A stretch of 64,000 bases of DNA from Candidatus Saccharicenans sp. (GCA_049659625.1 JBASPX010000050.1:90311-154310), one strand, 5' to 3'; shown: positions 1-10,194, counted from the first letter of the stretch. Numbers and translations: made by a program. Notes: a model not told the origin generated them from the letters alone.

Positions 1-3000
1 TCAGTCTCAAGGCAAACCAGGGATTGATCGCTGTTTTTCGGCTCGGGTCACAGACGGGAATAATCTGTCTCGGCGGCACTCCAGAAACCCTCCTCCGAAC
101 CGGTCGGGCTTTTTTCCTGCGCTGGCCCTATTTCTGGGAAATCTGGGGACGTCAGTTCGGCCACACCTTCGAAAAACTCGAAAAGGATCTGATGGCTTTC
201 CTGACAGAAAGGAATCTTCATCCGGAAATGGTTGAGGTCAGGAAATTGCTTTACACCTTCCCTCCAGAACCTTCGAGTCAGCCGGGTCTGGATTCTCTCA
301 ACTTCGAATCTATGGGAGAAATTTCGCTCATGACCCTCGAATTGAATTTCAGGGAAGATAAAGATTTAGAAATCGCCGGAAGGGCTTTTGAGCAGCTGGC
401 TTCAGAAAGAAAATCAGGCCAAAATACTGAGACCCTGGCCTACCCCGGATGCGGACAGCTTGAATTCATACTCAGGACGCCTTTGAAATTGAAGCGAGCG
501 CTTATCCCGAGAGCCGGTTCCAGCCGGAGGCTTTTAACTCCAGGCTTTAAGGAAACTCCGCGGATGCCGGAGAAGCCGGTAGAATTCGACCTGACAGAAA
601 TATTCACCGTCCGCGGCCTTTATGTCGACCGCAACAGCGACGGTATTGTTGATGGCCTTGAAACTTCCATCATCATTCCTGAGAATTTCAGGCATCCGGC
701 CCTCTCCTTACTGACAACCAGGCTTGTACTCGACACCGCTGGCAGCTCTTTTCCTCTGGTTTACATCGATAGAGAAATCGAAAAGGCTGAGACCCTGCTG
801 ACTCCTATCTTTATCGGAGAGAACTCTGCCGTCCAGAGCCTGATAAAAAGCGGCAGGCTGAAAATTCCTGAACTGAAACCAGGTCAGGGGTTGATCAGGA
901 CCATCCCATCGCCGGGAGGTCGTTCTGATTCTCTTTTTCTTACAGCCCCTTCCCCGGAGGCGCTGGCTGCCACCATTAAATATTTCAGCCAGCAATTTCC
1001 CTACCTCACGGAGTTCAAAAAGGGCGAACCGGAAATTTCCAGCGTGAAGGAAGAGATAGAAAAATTTCTTGACGGCCGAAACGGTGCGGCAGAAGCCTTC
1101 TTTTTTGACAGGCTGATGGAAGAGTTGAAAAAAATCAACCGGCGGCAACCGGAAAGTCTGGAAATAAACCTGTTGCTGCCTGTTGACAATCCGTCTTTTG
1201 CCGCCGTGGTCGAGTCAACTCTGAAAAAAGAACTGCCCTCGACCGAAATCAAAATTTCCGCCAGCTCGCTGCTTCAGCCGGTCCCGGTTCTGAGCGGAAA
1301 GCGCGAATGGTCCTGGGAAGGAGATGATGCAGTGAGTCTTATCAGCCAGAAACTGGACAACATAGACTCTGAAGAGCCTGTCACCATAAGCGTGGGTGTC
1401 AGCGAATCTCCATCCGTCCGTGAAAAAATAAAACAGCAGATTGAAGGACTGGTTGAGGATAAAAAAATCAGAGCCCGAATTGAGGTTCTCTCAGCCTACA
1501 AACCCGGCTTCTTCTGGCTGACTGAAAACATTCTTCCGCAACTTAAGAATAAACCGGTCAGCCGACTTCTGATCAAATTCTCCGAGGTTGAGGATTCTCC
1601 GGAAAAACAGGCAAAAAGATTTTACAGCGACCCGCACCGCTGGCTGCAGGAGCTCTATCCGGTGGATGAAATTTTAGCCGCCAATCTGAACCTGCCTGTG
1701 GAACACATCATGTTTGAAAAGAAGCCGGCCGGAGGCGAAATCTACGAAGTGGAAGCTTTTAATAGTTCGGGCGGATCTATTCTTAAAAGCCATTTTTCTC
1801 CCCGCACTCGAGAGATTCCATTCATCAAATTTCTCCCGGGCTGGGGACAGGTGACGGTAACCACCGGCTGGTGCCGTATCAGTCAGGGAAATAAGGTTCT
1901 TCTTGATACCGACCTTAAGACCGACCTGGAAAAATTCTGGGACTGTTACCAGGAGGAGATTCTCCAGCCGCTTTACGAGTTCGTCCTCAAAAAGACCTCT
2001 TCCGAACCGACCTTCTCGAAGCAGCCATATTTTAAGAGGCTGTCGGTAGAGCTGTGGCTGAGTGAACCTGATTATCGTCTCGGTCTGGACGAGGAAATAA
2101 TCAGTTCGCTCGAATCGCTTCATGATGAAATCTATTTTGACACGCTCGATTTCCTCAGGGCTATAACCGGCTGGTCGGAGGAAGACCTGAACCTCCCGGC
2201 TGACGCTTCCCGCTCTTCCGCTCCCGGGAACGTCACTCCCATCATTCATCCTTCCAGCGAAGGAAAAGCCCCGAGAGTCAGTTTCTCTCTCGAAGATTTT
2301 CCGGCCAGGAAACCGGTGATGACGCTGCGCTGGAAAATACCCGGACAGCCGCCAGCTCAGAAATCCTGGGAATTCACCGGCATTAAACCTAAAAGACTTC
2401 GGCTGGATGAACTTCTTTTCGATTCCATCAAAGACAGACTGAATTCGGTCGGAATCTGGATTCAGCTGGAAAAAGAGGCAGACTGCAGGCAGCTGGCTTC
2501 GCTGCTCGAAGTCTATCAGCAACTCCGGCAGAAAAACATAAACCGCCAGTATTTCTCCTTTCCAGGAGTGGAGAATCTGAAAATAAAAATTCAGTGTCAG
2601 GATCTGTGGCTGGAGAAAAACATAAGCATAACTCCAGAAGAAAAAACACCTCCCCGGCCGAAAAATCAGAAAGCCCCTCTTAAAATCCCTGATGACAGGA
2701 TAATAGGCCCGGAAGAATGTCTCCTTATAACCGAAAGCCTCAGCCGCTATCCTGAAATCAGGAGCTACATTGCCGGTCATTCATACGAAGGCCGGCCGGT
2801 GCCCGTGCTGGAAATTTACCTCCCGCGGGGCCGCTATGTCTCGATTCCCAGGCTGATCACCCACAAACCGGTACTTCATCTTACAGCCAGGCAGCACGCC
2901 AACGAGGTGTCTTCCACCAACTATTCGCTCCTCTTCGCTGAACTTCTGGTTTCAGACAGCCGCGCCCGGGAATGGCTGAAAAAGTTCTCGGTGGTGATTC

Positions 3001-3761
3001 AACCGATGGAAAATCCTGACGGCGCCGCCCTGGCCCTGGAACTATGGAAGAACGAACCGTTTCACTGTCTCCATGCTGGAAGGTATAGTTCTCCTGGAGT
3101 GGATATAGGCTATCAGGTTGGTCTGCCCCGACCGCTTCTTCCTGAAGCCCGGGTAAGGGGCAGAATTAACCGCGAATGGGTCCCGGACCTCTATCTTAAC
3201 CTCCATGGTTACCCTTCGCACGAGTGGGTCCAGATGTTCTCGGGATACACGCCGTATCTTTTCCGCGATTACTGGATACCAAAAGGCTGGTTCACTTATT
3301 ATCGCCAGCTCAGTCTGAATATTTACCGTCCTTACCGGGAAGCGGCCGAAGAGCTGAAAAAGATTCTGATCGAAGAAATGAACGCTTCTCCGGAAATAAA
3401 GGAGTCTAACTCCCGGTTTTATTCGAGATACGACCGGTGGTACAGACGCTGGTCCCCCTTCGTGGCACCGCTGGAAATTTATGACGGATTGAATATTTTC
3501 GCCAGGAGACAGTCTTCCAGCGAAAATCGCCTGAACCAGAGGAGCCAGATGACGCTGGTGGAACAGACGCCTGAAGTGATGGACGAAACGGCTGTCGGAC
3601 CGTGGCTGGAATTTCTCTGCCGGCAGGGACTTACCTACCTCCGGGCTCACGCCCGTTACCTATCCGGATTAACCTTTGAGCGCGATGTGATTGAGGAGGA
3701 AGTTCAGAACAGGATAAGGATTGAATTCCACAGAAGACGCCCCGGGAGTTTCAGACAGTAA
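1..3761 (+). CDS. Large M14-family zinc metallocarboxypeptidase-domain protein (5' partial; ORF open to window start). M14 domain in the C-terminal ~350 aa, preceded by an ~890-aa region of unknown function
   Basis: No in-frame stop between position 1 and the TTG at 24. The C-terminal region carries the M14 signature order: GHSYEGRPVPVLEI (substrate/Zn region), QHANE (HxxE zinc ligands), NPDG, then LHGYPSHEW (second His ligand region). The N-terminal 890 aa has no motif I can name. Confidence 0.6.
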   Translation, partial: SLKANQGLIAVFRLGSQTGIICLGGTPETLLRTGRAFFLRWPYFWEIWGRQFGHTFEKLEKDLMAFLTERNLHPEMVEVRKLLYTFPPEPSSQPGLDSLNFESMGEISLMTLELNFREDKDLEIAGRAFEQLASERKSGQNTETLAYPGCGQLEFILRTPLKLKRALIPRAGSSRRLLTPGFKETPRMPEKPVEFDLTEIFTVRGLYVDRNSDGIVDGLETSIIIPENFRHPALSLLTTRLVLDTAGSSFPLVYIDREIEKAETLLTPIFIGENSAVQSLIKSGRLKIPELKPGQGLIRTIPSPGGRSDSLFLTAPSPEALAATIKYFSQQFPYLTEFKKGEPEISSVKEEIEKFLDGRNGAAEAFFFDRLMEELKKINRRQPESLEINLLLPVDNPSFAAVVESTLKKELPSTEIKISASSLLQPVPVLSGKREWSWEGDDAVSLISQKLDNIDSEEPVTISVGVSESPSVREKIKQQIEGLVEDKKIRARIEVLSAYKPGFFWLTENILPQLKNKPVSRLLIKFSEVEDSPEKQAKRFYSDPHRWLQELYPVDEILAANLNLPVEHIMFEKKPAGGEIYEVEAFNSSGGSILKSHFSPRTREIPFIKFLPGWGQVTVTTGWCRISQGNKVLLDTDLKTDLEKFWDCYQEEILQPLYEFVLKKTSSEPTFSKQPYFKRLSVELWLSEPDYRLGLDEEIISSLESLHDEIYFDTLDFLRAITGWSEEDLNLPADASRSSAPGNVTPIIHPSSEGKAPRVSFSLEDFPARKPVMTLRWKIPGQPPAQKSWEFTGIKPKRLRLDELLFDSIKDRLNSVGIWIQLEKEADCRQLASLLEVYQQLRQKNINRQYFSFPGVENLKIKIQCQDLWLEKNISITPEEKTPPRPKNQKAPLKIPDDRIIGPEECLLITESLSRYPEIRSYIAGHSYEGRPVPVLEIYLPRGRYVSIPRLITHKPVLHLTARQHANEVSSTNYSLLFAELLVSDSRAREWLKKFSVVIQPMENPDGAALALELWKNEPFHCLHAGRYSSPGVDIGYQVGLPRPLLPEARVRGRINREWVPDLYLNLHGYPSHEWVQMFSGYTPYLFRDYWIPKGWFTYYRQLSLNIYRPYREAAEELKKILIEEMNASPEIKESNSRFYSRYDRWYRRWSPFVAPLEIYDGLNIFARRQSSSENRLNQRSQMTLVEQTPEVMDETAVGPWLEFLCRQGLTYLRAHARYLSGLTFERDVIEEEVQNRIRIEFHRRRPGSFRQ

Positions 3762-3769
3762 AGCCGCCT

Positions 3770-4402
3770 TCAGAACTTAAACCCGACCAGTGCCAGAAAA
3801 CTTTTGTTTCTCAGATCGGCTTCGGGCTCGGTGACCACAGATTTAAGGCCGTGACTGTAGCGGGCTTCGAGAATAATGGCTACGGGTTTCACCGGGAAAG
3901 AGAGGCCGGCGCCAGCATTCAGCAAAAAGTCCATCCCCCTGAGATTATCAACCTCGACTGTCTCTTCCAGGTCGTCCAGACTCACTTTGAGTCTGGCTTT
4001 AAGATTAAAAGCTGCTGAAGGACCGGCATAAAAATATATTTCTGGCATAAGGTTACGCCTGAGATAAAATCTGGCCAGGACTGGTATTTCCAGATAATCG
4101 AGAATGTACTTCTCGCTGTATTCCAGACCATCGGAATTAAGACGGTAGGTGGAACCCTTCCTTGAAAAATTGAGCTCTGCCTGAAGAGACAGAGGGCCGA
4201 TGATAAAATATTCCAGGGAGATCCCGACTCCCCAGCCTGTCTGCCATTTCTGTTCAAAAGTGTCCTGCCCGAAAACTGTGGCCTGCCCGAACCCGAGTTT
4301 CACACCCGGGATAAAAGGCCTGGCTGCCTGCAGGCTGAGGCTAATCACCGGAAGCAGCAGCAGAAAAACTGAAATTCTCAGATGAAACCTCGTAAATTTC
4401 AT
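3770..4402 (-). CDS. Outer-membrane beta-barrel protein (OmpW/OmpA-like porin-fold family) with signal peptide
   Basis: MKFTRF... start is followed by a hydrophobic signal peptide ending in an A-x-A-like site. The rest has an alternating hydrophobic beta-strand pattern and ends in an aromatic residue (…LVGFKF), typical of OM beta-barrels. I trimmed the start to the internal Met at 4402. Confidence 0.55.
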   Translation of the reverse strand: MKFTRFHLRISVFLLLLPVISLSLQAARPFIPGVKLGFGQATVFGQDTFEQKWQTGWGVGISLEYFIIGPLSLQAELNFSRKGSTYRLNSDGLEYSEKYILDYLEIPVLARFYLRRNLMPEIYFYAGPSAAFNLKARLKVSLDDLEETVEVDNLRGMDFLLNAGAGLSFPVKPVAIILEARYSHGLKSVVTEPEADLRNKSFLALVGFKF

Positions 4403-4499
4403 CTCAGGGAAACCTCTTGGATGATTATACAAAAAGCAACTAACGGAATAAAATCAGCTGATATCAGGAGTAGGATTCACCCGGGATTCGCCCGGTTTT

Positions 4500-5849
4500 T
4501 CATTCGTAAATAACATAGCGATTTCCCCCCTGCTCTTTTGCCCGGTACATCGCTGTGTCAGCCCTCGACATAATGATTTCCATATCTTCCTGCCCATTGA
4601 TCATGGCGATGCCAATGCTCAGGTACAGGTTGAATGATTTGTCGGGCGAATCCGGAATGACAAAACTGCACTGTGAGACCGCCTCCAGGAGTCTGCTGGC
4701 GATGATTTCTGCTTCTCTTCTACCAACTCCATCCAGGATCACCGCAAACTCATCCCCTCCCAGACGTATCAGGCGATCGCTCGAACGAAGCTGCTTTTGA
4801 ATGATCTTGCCCAGGCTGATTAACAGGTTGTCTCCGATTTGATGGCCAAAATTATCGTTAACCAGCTTGAAATTGTCCAGGTCGATAAAAAACAGAGCGC
4901 TGGATTTGCCTTCCCGGCTTTCCTGAATCAGCCTGGGGAGGATGACCTCCAACATTCTTCGGTTGGGCAGTCCGGTCAGCGGGTCGTGAAGCGCCTGAAA
5001 AGCCAGCTGCTCCTCATAATTTTTACGTTCAGTGATATCATAGCAGGAACCGATGAGTCCGCCGAACCGGCCGTCCATATCCTGAAACGGTCTTCCCACA
5101 CACAGCATCCAGCGATACTGGCCATTACGATGTCTGAGGCGGAATTCAACTTCAAACGGTTCCATCCTTTTCAGAGCTCTTTCAAAAATTCCTGTGAATC
5201 TTTCCCGGTCCTCTTCCGGAAGAAGCTCAACCCAGCCCCTTCCTTTTTCTTCGTGCAGCGACCTTCCGGTAAAATTCAGCCAGGCGCGATTAAAATAGTC
5301 AAACTGACCGTCTGTACGGGCTCTCCAGATCATCGCCGGGAACTCTTCGAACAGGGTGAGATAAAAGTCATGAGCTTTTTTGATGGTCTTCTCCGCTTCG
5401 ACTATGGTGGTGATGTCATTCATAATGACCAGAGTGCGGCGGTGGTTTTCAAAAGGATCCAGGATTTTTTTGATCCGGACCTGAAGCACCACCCGTCCTC
5501 TGGCGGATTCAATTTCACTCGTGAAAATGGTTTCAGGAGCTGACCCTGAAACAAGCTCCTGAACAGGTTCAGTCAGCCAGTCAAACACTCTGGAGACCGG
5601 CACCTTCATTCCGTACAGCATATCACCAAAGCCAGGATGGGGAAAATATTCAAGACAGGCATCATTAAAGTCTTCTATGTTGTTATCGAGGTCAAGCAAA
5701 AGGGCGGGCGCGGGAACTGAATTGAATATAATCTTGAACTTATCTTCTTCTCTCACCCAATCCGGGGTTTTCGAGCCGGTCTTGCTGGCAGACCCGGAGG
5801 GCTGGCTATAAATGCTTTTAAATCTTCCCCCGTCGTTATCCCGATACAT
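4500..5849 (-). CDS. PAS-domain sensor diguanylate cyclase (GGDEF)
   Basis: C-terminal RLGGDEFAVIL GGDEF active-site motif with an upstream NRRMLEV/inhibitory-site-like context. Two PAS-like segments (…RNGQYRWMLCVGRP…DITERK) lie upstream of it. Confidence 0.85.
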   Translation of the reverse strand: MYRDNDGGRFKSIYSQPSGSASKTGSKTPDWVREEDKFKIIFNSVPAPALLLDLDNNIEDFNDACLEYFPHPGFGDMLYGMKVPVSRVFDWLTEPVQELVSGSAPETIFTSEIESARGRVVLQVRIKKILDPFENHRRTLVIMNDITTIVEAEKTIKKAHDFYLTLFEEFPAMIWRARTDGQFDYFNRAWLNFTGRSLHEEKGRGWVELLPEEDRERFTGIFERALKRMEPFEVEFRLRHRNGQYRWMLCVGRPFQDMDGRFGGLIGSCYDITERKNYEEQLAFQALHDPLTGLPNRRMLEVILPRLIQESREGKSSALFFIDLDNFKLVNDNFGHQIGDNLLISLGKIIQKQLRSSDRLIRLGGDEFAVILDGVGRREAEIIASRLLEAVSQCSFVIPDSPDKSFNLYLSIGIAMINGQEDMEIIMSRADTAMYRAKEQGGNRYVIYE

Positions 5850-6011
5850 AATCTTACGCCTTGGTTGCTACTAAAATAAGAAAAGACTGCCATGCTGACA
5901 ATCACCTTCGGGGGTGAATTTTAAGGTCAAAACTCACCCCCCGGAGTCGGTAACCAAACCATTTGTTTCTTCCTCCGTATAACTTATATAATTGTTAAAA
6001 AGGAGGCTGGT

Positions 6012-6743
6012 ATGAAAAACAAAAAGTTACTCGTGGCTGCCCTGACTCTATTTTTAATGGTAATTCTTACTCTGTCGGCAAGTGCTCAGACGGAAAAAGA
6101 AATCTTAGATAACATGATAAAAGCTATGGGTGGAAGAGAGGCGGTAGCCGCCATAAAAGACATGAGGGGCACCGGCACCATCGAAATAATTCAATTCGGG
6201 ATGACCGCCCCTTTCACCTATTACCAGAAAGAACCCAACAAATACCGGATGGAATTTGAAGTGATGGGCATGAGTGTGGTTCAGACCTATGATGGAGAAA
6301 AAGGGATGTGGATAAATCCCCAGACAGGAGAGATAAGTGAACTTCCGCCTGATCAGGCCAGACAGATAGCCAAACAGTCCTGGGGAAATGACATTTTTCT
6401 CAACCCTGATAAATACGGCGTGACCTACGCCTACAAAGGCAAAGAAGAGGTAAACGGAAAACCCTGCCATGTTCTTGAACAGAAATTCCCTGATGGCGAC
6501 TGGATCCTTTACTACCTGGATTCCAGCAATTATCTCATCTACAAAACACGAACTACAGCCACCAGCCCGACCGGCGGAGAATTAGAAATAGAGATGGTCT
6601 TCTCAGATTACAGAAAAATTAATGGTGTGATGACCGCTTTTTCCTGGACGATGTTTCAGGGCGGTGCAGAATACGCCAGATTTACTTTGAATGAAGTGGT
6701 TTACAACACCGGACTGGATGATTCTCTCTTTGTCCTGAAATAA
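6012..6743 (+). CDS. Secreted LolA-like / outer-membrane lipoprotein-sorting family protein (hypothetical)
   Basis: N-terminal signal peptide (MKNKKLLVAALTLFLMVILTLSASAQ). Size (~240 aa) and sequence pattern are consistent with LolA-like beta-clam proteins. The assignment is weak. Confidence 0.4.
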   Translation: MKNKKLLVAALTLFLMVILTLSASAQTEKEILDNMIKAMGGREAVAAIKDMRGTGTIEIIQFGMTAPFTYYQKEPNKYRMEFEVMGMSVVQTYDGEKGMWINPQTGEISELPPDQARQIAKQSWGNDIFLNPDKYGVTYAYKGKEEVNGKPCHVLEQKFPDGDWILYYLDSSNYLIYKTRTTATSPTGGELEIEMVFSDYRKINGVMTAFSWTMFQGGAEYARFTLNEVVYNTGLDDSLFVLK

Positions 6744-6776
6744 CCCTGAAAAACCTTTAAGGAAGGAAAGGAAAAA

Positions 6777-6805
6777 CTGGATGAGGGTTATTTCCCCTCA
6801 TCCAG
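6777..6805. terminator. Bidirectional intrinsic terminator between convergent genes (LolA-like + and fabZ -)
   Basis: Perfect 11-bp inverted repeat CTGGATGAGGG / CCCTCATCCAG with a 7-nt loop. A T-rich tract follows on the plus strand, and an A-run upstream gives a U-tract for the minus-strand transcript. Confidence 0.55.
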
Positions 6806-7237
6806 TTCGTTACTTTTCATCAGACCTGCCACCAGGCGAGCTTCAGCCACCACTTTATCTTCCACTAAAGCCTCTCCGTTAAAATAATAAAAACCGGCTT
6901 TCTGCTTCAGAAGTTGAACCGCAAGTTTCAATTGATCACCTGGCACCACCGGTTTTTTAAACTTGGCCTCTTCCACCTTGCTCAAAACCAGGAAGACCCT
7001 TTCTGGATCCGGTAGCGAATGATAAAGAAGAATTCCTCCGGCCTGAGCCAGAGCTTCAATGATCAACACTCCGGGCATCAACTTTACCCGGGGAAAATGG
7101 CCGGTAAAAAAAGGCTCGTTATAGGTGACATTTTTAAGGGCAAGAATGCTCTCGCCCGGTTTCAGTTCCAGAACTCTGTCCACCAGAAGAAAAGGGTACC
7201 TGTGAGGCAGCCACTTTTCAATCTGTTCGCTTCTCAT
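6788..7237 (-). CDS. fabZ: 3-hydroxyacyl-[ACP] dehydratase FabZ
   Basis: HRYPFLLVDRV…ITYNEPFFTGHFP hot-dog dehydratase signature. Length is 149 aa. Confidence 0.9.
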   Translation of the reverse strand: MRSEQIEKWLPHRYPFLLVDRVLELKPGESILALKNVTYNEPFFTGHFPRVKLMPGVLIIEALAQAGGILLYHSLPDPERVFLVLSKVEEAKFKKPVVPGDQLKLAVQLLKQKAGFYYFNGEALVEDKVVAEARLVAGLMKSNELDEGK

Positions 7238-7247
7238 GGCTTTTTAT

Positions 7248-7784
7248 TTATTTGGCTGGAGCCTTGCTGGCGTCGTACCTCTTGATAACTTCCTGGGTCA
7301 GGTCTACCGCAGACGAAAAATAAAGCACTCCAGCTTCCCTCAGGTCCAGTATAAGGTCGAGGCCTTTCTCCTGTCCGAGTTTATTGATGATCGGCATGAC
7401 CTCGCTCTGAATTCTCATATAAAGCCTCTGGGTTAGCTCCTGCATATCTCTCTGGGCATCTTCAGCCATTCTCTGTCTCTCCGTTCTTTTTCGATCAAGG
7501 TCAGCGCTGAGAGAAAGGATGGCTTCCTGAGTCATGGTAAGCTGCTGGGTGCTGAGCCGGCTTTCCAGCTGTCGGATTTGCTCATCGAGCTTCGCCAGGT
7601 CCTGCTGGATCTTGCGATTCTTTTCCTCCAGCTGAGCAATAGCCTTTTTGCCCTCAGCCGATTTTTCCAGAATTTCCTGGGAATTAATTACCCCGATCTT
7701 GATAGTTTGCTGAGCGCGAGCCACCAGACTGAAGCCAAGCATCACGGTGACCAGAAGAATAACGATGGTCCATCTTCTGTTCAT
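7248..7784 (-). CDS. skp: OmpH/Skp periplasmic chaperone
   Basis: Signal peptide followed by a long coiled-coil-rich region (…KIGVINSQEILEKS…). It sits immediately downstream of bamA, as in the canonical bamA-skp arrangement. Confidence 0.8.
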   Translation of the reverse strand: MNRRWTIVILLVTVMLGFSLVARAQQTIKIGVINSQEILEKSAEGKKAIAQLEEKNRKIQQDLAKLDEQIRQLESRLSTQQLTMTQEAILSLSADLDRKRTERQRMAEDAQRDMQELTQRLYMRIQSEVMPIINKLGQEKGLDLILDLREAGVLYFSSAVDLTQEVIKRYDASKAPAK

Positions 7785-7857
7785 ATCTCAATTCCTCCTT
7801 TAAATTATTGAGTGCTAATTTTACACTTTTCCGCGCAAAATATAAAGACTTGAGACC

Positions 7858-10194
7858 TCAGAAAGTGGTGCCGACCGCGAAGCGGAAGGCGAAGTTGGAA
7901 TCATCAGCATATATCTTTCTGTTATTGTAGGCGAATATCAGACGGAACGGCACTCTCAGGGCCGGAACGAACACTCTGACCTCCAGTCCGGCTGAGCTGT
8001 ACATATTCTTTGGAGAGAACTTATCTCCTTTGAGCAGCGCATTTCCCACATCATAGAAGAAAATTCCGTAGAGAGGGCCTCCCAGCGGGATGATGTATTC
8101 AGCATTGATCACCAGAGATTTCACTCCTCCAATAAGGTAATTTTTTTCGTCACGTGGGCCAATGGTGAAATATTCATAACCGCGGATAGATTGCTCACCC
8201 CCTAAGAAGAACCTTTCCCAGTAAGGAACCTCCTGATTTCTTAGAGGTTTTATAAACTGATATTCCACGTGAAAACCTAAAACATGGTTGGAAAATAAAG
8301 GCTGGTAGCGGGCAAATTCAAAAGCCGGTCGATAAAGATGGACATCTCCGCCGAGAAAAGTCCCGGCATACCTGAAAGAAATGCTATACATCGTCCCCCG
8401 GCTGGGGGTTAAAGGACTGTCGATGGTTGAACTGTAAAGAACTGGCTCCACTGCACTAACAAAATACTTTCCTGGATAAAAATAGGGATTGTAGAAATAT
8501 TGATTTCCCTGCTCATCTTCATAGGTGGGAACTTCAAGAATCTGCCTCTGGAAAGTATAATTCAGGTTGAACCTGAGGTAACCGTAAACTCTGGTCCCAT
8601 ACATCAGCCTTATACCTTTAGCCTGCTGGTTGTACAGATAAGGAATATTGACCTTACGATCGAACACGTTGAAACCCAGAGTCATCGGTTTGTCAAAAAC
8701 GTAGGGCTGACTCATCCCGAAACTGTAATTCTTAACCCTCTTGCCGTGCTGAAGCGTCAGGTCGAGAGTTTCTCCGCCACCGAGAAAATTCACCGTCGAA
8801 TAGGTGAAAGCGACAAAGGTTCCCTCATATCCGCTGTATCCGGCGGTAAACTGGATGTTGTTCCGCTGCAATTCTCTCACCGTCAGGTTGACATCTATCT
8901 GACTGGGATTCTCCGGGTCGGGTTTGATATCAGGCTCTTTTTCCACGTCGACCAGACCGAGCTGTTTCAGCCGCAGAACGCTGTCCTTGAAGACGGCCAG
9001 GCTGAACCGGTCTCCCTCGCGCAGCAGAAATTCTCTCCTTAAAACTCTGTCCTTGGTGAAAGTATTCCCCTTAAACTCAAGCCTCCGCAGATAGGCAACC
9101 TCGCCTTCATTTATATTGAAGGTGACGTTAACCACTTTATTTTTTGGGTCAAGGTTTTCCACCGGAATTATCTGGGCATAAAGAAAAGCAAAATTCCGGT
9201 AATTCTCCCCCATCGATTCGACTGTTTTTTCCCGCTTCTTTGAGCTGTAAATTTCTCCCGGTTGCAGCTTTACCAGGCTCTGCAGGTATCTGGTGGTAAA
9301 GAATTTATTGCCCTCTATCTTTATCTCCCCGGTGCGGTAAACATGGCCCGGCTCGACCGGAATTATTATCCTCATCATCTTTTGCTTGCTGAAAAGAGCG
9401 TTCCTCCGGGTTATCTCCTCAAACCGGGGTTCGCCGACTGTAGCTTCCATATAACCATATTCCTGAAGCCTCTTTTTGATCTGAGCTAGATTCTCTTCTA
9501 TCTTATTCTTCTTGAAAACATCTTTATTGGCAATCATATTGAACAGGCTGTGCTGACGGTTCTCTTTCATCGCTTCTATAAGAAAGCTATCCGGGATCTT
9601 CGTCCGACCGACAAACACCACCTCACCCACCCTTAACCTGGATCCTTCTTCGATCCTGAAAACCAGGTCAACCTCGTTGTTGGGTCTGCTCACCAGCTGG
9701 GCTTCTATGCGCTCGGCCTGCAGTCCCTTATCTTCCAGAAGTTCCTTGATAATCCTCCTGGCTTTCTGAACGCGGTAAGGATTGTAATAGGAGTGAGGAG
9801 CAATGTATTCGTCTTTTTCCTTGAGCTTGTTTACGATATCGCTTTCTTTTACTTTCTTACCGGTCCTGAAGATAACACTCTTAATTACCGGATTTTCTTC
9901 GACATAGATTTTGACGATTTTGCCGCGGACCCCATTCTCTTCTTCAATCCTGAGGTTGGCAAAAAATCCGGTTGACCAGAGAACCTTAAAATCTCTTTTC
10001 AGGAGGGCTTCGTTATAGTAATCACCCTCCCGGGAAGACAGGTAATAGATTATGGTTTCGCGGGAGATGCGCTCGTTGCCGTATACTTCAATCCTCTCGA
10101 TAATTTCCTGAGCGACAAGGGTACCGGCCAGGCTCAGGATGAAACAAATTGAAAAAAGTACAGGTGCTAATCTTCTTTCTTTTCTCATGGACAT
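7858..10194 (-). CDS. bamA: Outer membrane protein assembly factor BamA
   Basis: 778 aa with a signal peptide, repeated POTRA-like segments, and a C-terminal beta-barrel that ends in an aromatic residue (…FAVGTTF). Confidence 0.9.
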   Translation of the reverse strand: MSMRKERRLAPVLFSICFILSLAGTLVAQEIIERIEVYGNERISRETIIYYLSSREGDYYNEALLKRDFKVLWSTGFFANLRIEEENGVRGKIVKIYVEENPVIKSVIFRTGKKVKESDIVNKLKEKDEYIAPHSYYNPYRVQKARRIIKELLEDKGLQAERIEAQLVSRPNNEVDLVFRIEEGSRLRVGEVVFVGRTKIPDSFLIEAMKENRQHSLFNMIANKDVFKKNKIEENLAQIKKRLQEYGYMEATVGEPRFEEITRRNALFSKQKMMRIIIPVEPGHVYRTGEIKIEGNKFFTTRYLQSLVKLQPGEIYSSKKREKTVESMGENYRNFAFLYAQIIPVENLDPKNKVVNVTFNINEGEVAYLRRLEFKGNTFTKDRVLRREFLLREGDRFSLAVFKDSVLRLKQLGLVDVEKEPDIKPDPENPSQIDVNLTVRELQRNNIQFTAGYSGYEGTFVAFTYSTVNFLGGGETLDLTLQHGKRVKNYSFGMSQPYVFDKPMTLGFNVFDRKVNIPYLYNQQAKGIRLMYGTRVYGYLRFNLNYTFQRQILEVPTYEDEQGNQYFYNPYFYPGKYFVSAVEPVLYSSTIDSPLTPSRGTMYSISFRYAGTFLGGDVHLYRPAFEFARYQPLFSNHVLGFHVEYQFIKPLRNQEVPYWERFFLGGEQSIRGYEYFTIGPRDEKNYLIGGVKSLVINAEYIIPLGGPLYGIFFYDVGNALLKGDKFSPKNMYSSAGLEVRVFVPALRVPFRLIFAYNNRKIYADDSNFAFRFAVGTTF

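Noticed and set aside
4440-4500. CCGGG-ATTCG-CCCGG hairpin followed by TTTTT downstream of the GGDEF gene as its terminator
   Set aside because: The hairpin-plus-T-tract orientation is for a plus-strand transcript, but both flanking genes are on the minus strand. On the minus strand no U-tract follows the hairpin, so it is too weak to annotate.
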